Shown here piece by piece: positions 1-7,212 of a stretch of 64,000 nucleotides of DNA. The translations under genes were made by a program, and so were the position numbers. Position 1 is the first letter of the stretch. Every line of letters begins with the position of its first letter. This DNA is from Longimicrobiales bacterium. GTDB taxonomy: Bacteria > Gemmatimonadota > Gemmatimonadetes > Longimicrobiales > Gaopeijiaceae. The notes below the pieces were generated by a model that was not told the origin of the DNA, did no database searches, and worked only from the letters and a program-made list of their open reading frames with translations. The stretch lies in the NCBI GenBank assembly GCA_965116905.1, contig OZ220732.1, forward strand, positions 2,848,001 through 2,912,000. The letters are read 5' to 3'.

Positions 1-2
1 AC

Positions 3-1205
3 CGTTATTCGACCACGCTTCGCTACGGGTCCGGGATCCTCGACGTCCCCGTCGCGACCGTGCTGCCGCACCTGACGATCACCGCGACCTATTCGGGGTT
101 CGGACTTGCGCGGCACGGGTCTCATGGTTCCGGGTGGCCGGACGGGGGGCGCGACGGCAGGAGGAAGGGGACCCGGTGGCTGTCGGACGGCTCGGTGGCC
201 ATTGGACTCTTCGACCGTCTGGAGGCGGGTGCGACGCTACAGCAACTGGCGGAGGCGCGCGATGGCGGGAGTCTGGTCGGGGGGTTCGGCCGTCTGTCCC
301 TGCTGCCGCGTTCGCTGCGGCGCCTCCACCTTGCGGTCGGGGCGCGCTACGTCACGTCGCCTTCCATCGGCGGCCCGTACATCGTGGCGACGGCGGAACT
401 TCCCGGTGTGGAAGCGATGCCCTTCGATTACGACATGACGGTGAGTGCGGGATGGGGAGGGGGGCTCTTCTCGGCGGGCGGCGACCCCGACTTCCATCGC
501 GAGACCATCACCGGCGGGATGTTTGCCGGGTCCGCGCTTCACGTGAACCTCGGGACGGCTGCCGGTGTGAGCGTGATGGCGGAGTTCAACGGATTCGACG
601 CAAACGCCGGCGTGCGGATCGATTTCGGAGGCGTTCAGGTGGGCGCGTTCTCGCTCGGCATGAACCACGATGGGTCGTCCGAATCCCGGTCCAGGAAGTT
701 CGGTGTTTCGGGCTCCGTGGTCGTCTGCACGGGTGCGCTCGGACTGTGCCGCCGCCCGTCGGACGCACCAGCCGATACGGTCACGCTGCCCGCTCCGCCC
801 CCGGACACCGTGATCATCGAGCGCGCAGTCGAGCCGCCTGCCGCCACCGGCACCCCGGCGACCCTGTGTCTGTCCACCGGAGAGCACGTCCAGGTGTGGG
901 TCACGGCGGCAGGGGATACGCTGGTCGGCCCCGGCCGGGTATCTCTGGAGGCGCTGGGACCCGCGGTGGTGCTTGCGGGCGGCTACGCGGAGGGCCGCGA
1001 CTGGTTCGACGGCGGCCATGCCATCGAGTTCGCCGGCCGCAGCTACCGGCGGCGTGGACCCCTGGTGCCCGCGGACTGCGATGACATCGAGCGCGCCGGG
1101 CGTCACGATGGCGTCCCGCTGTTTGCGGATCGTGGGGCAGAGCCACCGTTCGACTTCGTGTTGGTTCCCGTAAGACCAGGTGTGTGGGCCCGTTACGAGA
1201 ACTGA
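3..1205 (+). CDS. Hypothetical exported/outer-membrane protein, 5'-truncated by the window edge; N-terminal region is beta-barrel-like (YjbH-like), followed by a Pro-rich linker and a C-terminal domain
   Basis: Frame is open from base 3 (RYSTTLRYGSGILDVPVATVLPHL...). Alternating beta-strand-like segments (AEFNGFDANAGVRIDF) and a PAPPPDTV linker. Stop TGA at 1203-1205. Confidence 0.55.
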   Translation, partial: RYSTTLRYGSGILDVPVATVLPHLTITATYSGFGLARHGSHGSGWPDGGRDGRRKGTRWLSDGSVAIGLFDRLEAGATLQQLAEARDGGSLVGGFGRLSLLPRSLRRLHLAVGARYVTSPSIGGPYIVATAELPGVEAMPFDYDMTVSAGWGGGLFSAGGDPDFHRETITGGMFAGSALHVNLGTAAGVSVMAEFNGFDANAGVRIDFGGVQVGAFSLGMNHDGSSESRSRKFGVSGSVVVCTGALGLCRRPSDAPADTVTLPAPPPDTVIIERAVEPPAATGTPATLCLSTGEHVQVWVTAAGDTLVGPGRVSLEALGPAVVLAGGYAEGRDWFDGGHAIEFAGRSYRRRGPLVPADCDDIERAGRHDGVPLFADRGAEPPFDFVLVPVRPGVWARYEN

Positions 1206-1238
1206 TCGATCCAGCCGGATATCCAGCGGAATACTTGA

Positions 1239-2603
1239 CTAAGTCATGTGGGGCACGGGACCGGGTGCTTCCGAGTCCAGCCATCGGGCGACTTCCGGGG
1301 TCAGGTCGTCAGCGGTGTCGATGTCTGCTTCCACCTCCAGCCAGGTGACCGACAATCCGAGTCGTGCAGCCCTCGTCAGGGTCGCCGCGAGGACGGAGTC
1401 GGTGCTCCAGGGAATCCCGGCGAACAGGTCCCGATGGGGCCTTCCCAGGCCCACGAGATAGTACCCTCCGTCCCGCGCGGGGCCGATGACCACGTCGGCT
1501 GTGTCGAGCGCTTCGACGGCTCGCGCCACCGTGCCCGCGTCGACGGCGGGGGTGTCGGTACCGATCACGACGACGCGATCCGCGTCGGTGAAGGCGCGTT
1601 CCACCATGCGCGACATTCTGGCCCCCAGGTCGCCGTCCCCCTGGGGCCAGCACCGGGGCGGCGGGGGGCCGAGCCAGTGCCTGATCTCCGCTTCGCCGTC
1701 CGGCGGGTCGTAGCAGACGACCACCCGGGCCGGCGCGCGGTGGACGTTGGCGACGATCAGGCGGCCCATGCGGCGGTAGAGCTCGGCGGCGCGTTCTTCG
1801 CCGACGGCGCGTGCCAGCCGCGTCTTGACGGTGCCGGGTCGAGGCGCCTTGGCGAAGACGAGAAGCGTGATCCTGTCCGGATCCGCGTCCGGGGTGTGTG
1901 CGGCCGCGCCCGGGCGCTTCGCCCTCCGAGGGGGGTATTCGGAAACAAGGCGGGAGGGGTCCGCCCCCGCCAGAAAGCGCGCCATCGTGCGCGTGTTGCG
2001 AAGCCATGCCCTGATCCGTCCTTCCTCTTCGTAGCGCCGCGAGCTGGTCGTCAGCCTGCCGGCAAGGGGCACGAGCCGTCCCGTGTCCAGCAATCGCCGG
2101 TTCAGGAGTACGTCCTCCATGATCGGCTCGTCGGGGTAGCCGCCTGCGTCGGCGAAGCGGTCGCGCCGGATCAGCAGGCCCTGGTCTCCGCACACCACAC
2201 CGCACAGCCGTTCCCGAAGCCTCTGCCCGCCTTCGATCAGACGGTAGAAGAAGTGTTCGTCCGCGATGGCCAGACGGAAGTACGCCGCCTCGGCAGTGTC
2301 GTGCTCGACGTGGCGCGCGATGGAGCGCAGCGCGGTATCATCCAGGCGCGAGTCGGCGTGCAGGAACAGGAGCCACCGGGTTCCGGCGAAGGCCGCGCCC
2401 GCGTTCATCTGCCGGGCCCGGCCACACCGGCTCCTCATGACCTCGGCTCCGCCGGTCCTCGCCGCCGCGGCGGTCCCGTCCCCTGACCCCCCGTCCACGA
2501 CCAGCACGCGATGATCGATTGCGAGGCCGCCAAGATCCTCGAGAAGGGACGGCAGCGCCTCCTCCTCGTCCAGTGCGGGGACGACGACGCCGAGGGGGGT
2601 CAT
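1239..2603 (-). CDS. Fused glycosyltransferases: N-terminal GT2 (TIGR04283-like) plus C-terminal DUF2064/TIGR04282-like domain (arsenosugar / rSAM-selenodomain-associated)
   Basis: N-half motifs VVVPALDEE, VVDGGSGD, GRARQMNAGA, LLFLHADS, GDQGL, MEDV, TSSRR. C-half motifs FAKAPRPGTVKTRL, QGDGDLGARM, VIGTDTP, IGPARDGGYYLVG, IPWST, DIDTADDL. ATG at 2603 (alternative GTG at 2642). Confidence 0.85.
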   Translation of the reverse strand: MTPLGVVVPALDEEEALPSLLEDLGGLAIDHRVLVVDGGSGDGTAAAARTGGAEVMRSRCGRARQMNAGAAFAGTRWLLFLHADSRLDDTALRSIARHVEHDTAEAAYFRLAIADEHFFYRLIEGGQRLRERLCGVVCGDQGLLIRRDRFADAGGYPDEPIMEDVLLNRRLLDTGRLVPLAGRLTTSSRRYEEEGRIRAWLRNTRTMARFLAGADPSRLVSEYPPRRAKRPGAAAHTPDADPDRITLLVFAKAPRPGTVKTRLARAVGEERAAELYRRMGRLIVANVHRAPARVVVCYDPPDGEAEIRHWLGPPPPRCWPQGDGDLGARMSRMVERAFTDADRVVVIGTDTPAVDAGTVARAVEALDTADVVIGPARDGGYYLVGLGRPHRDLFAGIPWSTDSVLAATLTRAARLGLSVTWLEVEADIDTADDLTPEVARWLDSEAPGPVPHMT

Positions 2604-2661
2604 TTCACGCTCCGCGCCGGCGCTGTCCGGGCAGCGGCGCACGCGGCCCCATGCGCAACCA

Positions 2662-4290
2662 TCAGTGACGGGTGTCGTTCAGGGTCCAGTCGTAGTCGAA
2701 GAAGGCGAGTCTGGCCCGGGGATCGGCGACGGCGTCCCGGTCGGCCCCGTCGAGGTACTCGGCGAAGAAGGCCAGGACGCCCTCGTGGCCCCCGAAGTCC
2801 TCGTTGAACCAGTCGAGCACCCGGTTGGTGGTCACGGTCGGGGTCCCGTCCGTGAGCGATACCTCGAAATGGGCGGAGTCGCGGACGAATGCCATCACCC
2901 GCTCGTCCAGCTGCCGGTCCAGCGTCGCCCCGCGATAGGCCTGGGGGACGAGGGGCGGACAGCTCAGCGCGGCGCAGTTGATCGCGAGGTGGATGCGGGG
3001 ATCCCCCATGGGACGGATGATTTCGTGTTCGATTTCGTCCTGGGAACGGTCGGCCCCGGCCACGGGGCAATGTGCGCCGGTGAACACGTCGTCGATCTGC
3101 CACACCGAGTTCTCGGGCCGGTCGGCGGCGGCGTTCTTCAGCCGCAGCAAGCCGCCCGCCTTCCGAATCGGATAGTGCTCGATCACGCGCTTGAGCATGC
3201 ACGCGTTGTAGGCGTTGATCCAGAAGGCGAGCCGCTCATCCCTGTTCGCGGCCTCCAGGGCCGACCGCTCGGTGGAGGCCAGCGCGGCGATGTAGCGCTC
3301 GAGTCCTGCCGGGTCGGCGGCCAGACGCGAGTAGTTCACCACCGGCCCCTCGACGACGGTGGCGAGTACCTGCGTAAGGGCGGAGTGATCGGGCAGCTGT
3401 GGGCGCGCACCGGCCTCCTGCAGGGGGCTTGCCGGGCGTCCGGCAAGCGAGAGCCCAACGAGGGGCAGGACGATGGCGGACATTCCGGGCAGTCTGACAC
3501 CCAGGCGTTTCAGTATGGCGGGCAGAAAACTCAGGAGAAGCAGGAGGCCCCCGGCCAGGAGGACGCTGTACAGCGCGTCCCTCGACGCTTCCAGGGAGCC
3601 CTGCAGAAGAGAGTCGGCGAAGAACGTGTAGACGGCGGTGCCGGGAAGGATGCCGACCAGCGTCGCGACCGCGTACGTGCGCCATTTGAGGGCCACGAGG
3701 CCCGACCCGAAGTTGAGGGCGTTGAAGGGGACGAGGGGGATGAGGCGAAGCGTCAGCAGTCCCCGGAAACCGTGCTTTCCGACGACCGTGTCCAGCTTCC
3801 GGAGGGCCGCCGAGTCATCGCCCATCAGGCGTCGCACGCCGTCCCCGCCCAGCGTGCGCGCGAGCACGAACGCGGCGTTGGCGCCGATGTTGGCGGCCAC
3901 GAAGTTGAAGAGCGTTCCCCAGTAGAACCCGAACACGGCGCCGCCGGCGAGCGTAAGGATGGTGCCCGGGACTGCCAGCGCGGTGGCCGTCGCGTAGGTC
4001 GCCACGAAGATCAGCGGTGCCCAGGGATTGCCCCGCAGCAACTCGATCGCCTCTCCGATGCCCTCCCGCGTCAGGTAGGCTCCGAGCGGTGTCCGGGCGG
4101 CCGCGACGTACGCGCCGATGAGCAGGATGGCCAGGATCGCCAGCTTCAGGAGCGCGCCGCCGCGTCCCGGGGCTTGTGGTGCCGCGGTCGAGGATCCGGT
4201 CTGCCCGGTACTTGCGGATCGGCCTGCGGATCGGCCTGCGGATCGGTCGGAGCCGTTGCCGGGCCGGCGGTCTTCGTCTACTTGAGCCAT
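2662..4290 (-). CDS. TVP38/TMEM64 (VTT, SNARE-associated) membrane domain fused to a DUF547 domain
   Basis: VTT motifs PGTILTLAGGAVFG, LRLIPLVPFNALNF, ATLVGILPGT. DUF547 motifs LAFWINAYNA, DPRIHLAINCAALSCP, FFDYDWTLN. Confidence 0.85.
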   Translation of the reverse strand: MAQVDEDRRPGNGSDRSAGRSAGRSASTGQTGSSTAAPQAPGRGGALLKLAILAILLIGAYVAAARTPLGAYLTREGIGEAIELLRGNPWAPLIFVATYATATALAVPGTILTLAGGAVFGFYWGTLFNFVAANIGANAAFVLARTLGGDGVRRLMGDDSAALRKLDTVVGKHGFRGLLTLRLIPLVPFNALNFGSGLVALKWRTYAVATLVGILPGTAVYTFFADSLLQGSLEASRDALYSVLLAGGLLLLLSFLPAILKRLGVRLPGMSAIVLPLVGLSLAGRPASPLQEAGARPQLPDHSALTQVLATVVEGPVVNYSRLAADPAGLERYIAALASTERSALEAANRDERLAFWINAYNACMLKRVIEHYPIRKAGGLLRLKNAAADRPENSVWQIDDVFTGAHCPVAGADRSQDEIEHEIIRPMGDPRIHLAINCAALSCPPLVPQAYRGATLDRQLDERVMAFVRDSAHFEVSLTDGTPTVTTNRVLDWFNEDFGGHEGVLAFFAEYLDGADRDAVADPRARLAFFDYDWTLNDTRH

Positions 4291-5705
4291 TGGATGATTC
4301 TCTTGAGCAGCCGGCCCGATGTCGTGTCGAGTCGGGAGCGCATGTATTCGCCCGCCGCCCGCTTTACGCCTTCGACCATTGTCGGGTACGGGAAGATGGT
4401 GTTGGCGATCCGGCCGAGGGTCAGCCCGTGCTGCCTGGCCATGACCAGCGGCAGGATCAGTTCCCCGCCGCCGTGCGCGACGATGGTGGCTCCGAGCACC
4501 CTGCCCCTGCGGTCGGCGGATACCTTGGCGAACCCCACCGCCGAGGCGTCCACGATGGCGCGGTCGAGGTCGTCGAGCTCATAGCGGTAGGTCGTTCCGC
4601 CCCGGGCCTCGGCCTCGGCCTCCGACATGCCCACGTGCGCGATCTCGGGATCGGTGTAGGTCACCCACGGGACGCTGTCGTAACGGATTTTGGTGCTGCC
4701 CGGGATGACTGCGTTGCGCAGCGCCACCTTGGCCATCTGTTCGGCGACATGCGTGAACTGGAGCGCGCCTGTGACGTCGCCCACCGCCCACGCGGCACCG
4801 GAAGAGGTCTGCAGCCGGGAGTCGACGACCACGGCACCCTTCTCCGTCCGGATCCCGGCGGCCTCCAGGTTCAGGCCGTCCGTCATGGGCCGGCGTCCGG
4901 TGGCCACGAACACGCGGTCGGCAGTCACGGAGGTCCCGTCGCTCGTATCCACAACCGTGGTGTTTCCTTCGGCACGAACCCCGGTCGCCATGGTCCCGAC
5001 GCGAATCTCCAGGCCCTCGGCAGTCAGGAGGCGGTGCATGAAGGCGGCGACATCGGGGTCCTCCCGAATCAGAATCGACGGAGCCATCTCGATGACCGTC
5101 ACGCGGGCCCCGAGTCGCGCGAAGACCTGGGCGAACTCCAGTCCGATCGGACCTGCCCCCAGAATCGCCACCGAACCGGGCAGTTCGTTCTGATCGAACA
5201 CGGTCTCGTACGTCCAGTAGTCCACGTCCTCCAGGCCGGGGATGGGGGGAGTAGCCGGCACCGCGCCGGTGGCGATCACGAACCGCTTCGACCGGATTCT
5301 TCCGACGCCCTCCACCTCCACGGTCGATGCGTCCAGGAACCTCGCGGCCCCGAAGTCGACCGACACCCCCATCTTGCGGAACCTCTCCGGGTCGTCGTGA
5401 TGGGCGACGGTCGCGCGCGCGGCCCTCATTCGCTCCATGACCGCGCCGAAATCGCTCCGGACGCCGTCGGCCCGCAGTCCCAGCGTGGAAGCCTGCTCGA
5501 TGTTGTGGGCCAGCCGCGCGGACGCGATCAGCGCCTTCGAGGGCACGCACCCGGTCCAGAGGCAATCTCCGCCGAGCGCCGACTTCTCCACGAGGGCGGG
5601 CTTGAGGCCCAGGTAGGCCGCTCCGGCCGCGGTCACCAGGCCCCCCGTGCCGCCGCCAATGGCGACCAGATCGCAGTCGCGCGAAAAGTTGGCTCGTTCA
5701 GACAT
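4278..5705 (-). CDS. Class I pyridine nucleotide-disulfide oxidoreductase (MerA/dihydrolipoamide dehydrogenase-like flavoprotein)
   Basis: FAD motif GGGTGG, redox disulfide GGDCLWTGCVPSK, NAD(P) motif GAGPIGLE, then ATGRRP, GDV, YTDPE and C-terminal FPYPTMVEG. Start uncertain (5705, 5717 or 5735). Confidence 0.85.
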   Translation of the reverse strand: MSERANFSRDCDLVAIGGGTGGLVTAAGAAYLGLKPALVEKSALGGDCLWTGCVPSKALIASARLAHNIEQASTLGLRADGVRSDFGAVMERMRAARATVAHHDDPERFRKMGVSVDFGAARFLDASTVEVEGVGRIRSKRFVIATGAVPATPPIPGLEDVDYWTYETVFDQNELPGSVAILGAGPIGLEFAQVFARLGARVTVIEMAPSILIREDPDVAAFMHRLLTAEGLEIRVGTMATGVRAEGNTTVVDTSDGTSVTADRVFVATGRRPMTDGLNLEAAGIRTEKGAVVVDSRLQTSSGAAWAVGDVTGALQFTHVAEQMAKVALRNAVIPGSTKIRYDSVPWVTYTDPEIAHVGMSEAEAEARGGTTYRYELDDLDRAIVDASAVGFAKVSADRRGRVLGATIVAHGGGELILPLVMARQHGLTLGRIANTIFPYPTMVEGVKRAAGEYMRSRLDTTSGRLLKRIIQWLK

Positions 5706-5751
5706 GTAATCGCCCATGAATAAGGATACCTTCACCCGTGTGCAGCAGAGC

Positions 5752-5779
5752 TTGACCGGGAGCTATTTCGTTTTATCTT
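5752..5779 (+). promoter_or_regulatory. Candidate sigma70-type promoter of recA
   Basis: TTGACC (5752-5757), 16-nt spacer, TATCTT (5774-5779) in an AT-rich divergent intergenic region. Confidence 0.35.
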
Positions 5780-5886
5780 CGGTTTAGCATTCGTCGGTTT
5801 GCGAGCAGCGGCGGCCGAATCCTCCGGAAGCCGGTGGTGTCGCGTAACCGACCCCACGCCCCCTGAGGGCAAGCGAAAGGTCGTAA

Positions 5887-6990
5887 ATGTCCAGGAACCC
5901 GACATCCGGAACACCCGCAACACCAAAGAACGGTAAGGAACGGCAACGACGGGAGAAAGCGCTCACCACCGCCCTTACGCAGATCGAGCGATCGTACGGC
6001 CGCGGGGCGATCATGCGCATGGGCTCGGACAGCGCCAGTCTCCAGATCGAGAGCATCTCGACCGGAGCGATCAATCTGGACGCCGTCATCGGAGTCGGGG
6101 GAGTTCCCAGGGGACGAATCAGCGAGATCTATGGACCCGAGTCGTCGGGCAAGACGACACTGTGCCTCCACGTGATCGCCAACGCACAGCGCGACGGAGG
6201 CATTGCCGCATTCATCGACGCCGAGCATGCGCTCGACATCCAGTACGCCCGCAGGCTCGGGATCGACGTCGACAATCTGCTGGTATCGCAGCCCGACACG
6301 GGTGAGCAGGCGCTGGAGATTGCGGAGGTTCTCATCCGCAGCAACGCCGTGGACATCATCGTGGTGGATTCGGTCGCCGCGCTGGTGCCCAGGGCGGAGA
6401 TCGAAGGAGAGATGGGAGACTCTCATGTGGGGTTGCAGGCCCGCCTCATGAGCCAGGCTCTCAGGAAGCTGACCGGCGCGGTGAGCCGATCCAACGCCGC
6501 CGTCATCTTCACCAACCAGATTCGGGAGAAGATCGGCGTCATGTTCGGAAGCCCGGAAACGACCTCGGGGGGACGTGCTCTCAAGTTCTATGCCTCCCTG
6601 CGCATGGATATCCGGCGCATAGGCGCCCTGAAGGACGGGCCGGAGATCATCGGGAACCGGACCCGTGTGAAGGTGGTCAAGAACAAATGCGCACCACCGT
6701 TCAAGCAGGCGGAATTCGATATCCTCTACGGCAAGGGAATCAGCCACACGGGTCTTCTCATCGATATCGGCGTCGAGCGGGGAATCGTCGACAAGTCCGG
6801 GTCGTGGTTCTCCTACGGCGATCTGCGGCTGGGGCAGGGGAAGGAGAATGTCCGGACCTTCCTCGAAGAGAACACCGACATTGCCGAGGAGATCCAGTCG
6901 CGCCTGCTGGTGGCCTTGGGGATCACCGGGGCCGACGAGACGGCCTCCGGTGCCGGCGAACAGGAGGGTCCCGCGGTGAAGGTTGTCTGA
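5887..6990 (+). CDS. recA: Recombinase RecA
   Basis: GPESSGKTT Walker [40 protein letters not shown]. Confidence 0.99.
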   Translation: MSRNPTSGTPATPKNGKERQRREKALTTALTQIERSYGRGAIMRMGSDSASLQIESISTGAINLDAVIGVGGVPRGRISEIYGPESSGKTTLCLHVIANAQRDGGIAAFIDAEHALDIQYARRLGIDVDNLLVSQPDTGEQALEIAEVLIRSNAVDIIVVDSVAALVPRAEIEGEMGDSHVGLQARLMSQALRKLTGAVSRSNAAVIFTNQIREKIGVMFGSPETTSGGRALKFYASLRMDIRRIGALKDGPEIIGNRTRVKVVKNKCAPPFKQAEFDILYGKGISHTGLLIDIGVERGIVDKSGSWFSYGDLRLGQGKENVRTFLEENTDIAEEIQSRLLVALGITGADETASGAGEQEGPAVKVV

Positions 6991-7212
6991 GCGTTGGACG
7001 AGTAGGGGGCGGATTGCCGCGGCCACGGCCTGCACTCGCCGGGGCCGCGATCCGGGTCGGGGTCCGCAATCCGGATTGCGGTTGGGCAGTCGATCGCGGG
7101 TTGGGCTAACTTTACCGTCAGTATCGCCGGGTTGACATCGGCGACGCTGCAAGTCAACCGACCGATCGGCGACGACCTCGCCGCTTGCCCATCCGATGAC
7201 ATCCCCCATCCG

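Noticed and set aside
2603..2664. Selenocysteine readthrough of the DUF547 TGA into the glycosyltransferase
   Set aside because: The two genes are in different frames, and the TGA follows the normal DUF547 C-terminal motif.
4278..5705. Mercuric reductase merA
   Set aside because: No C-terminal Cys pair, no NmerA domain, and no merR/T/P genes.
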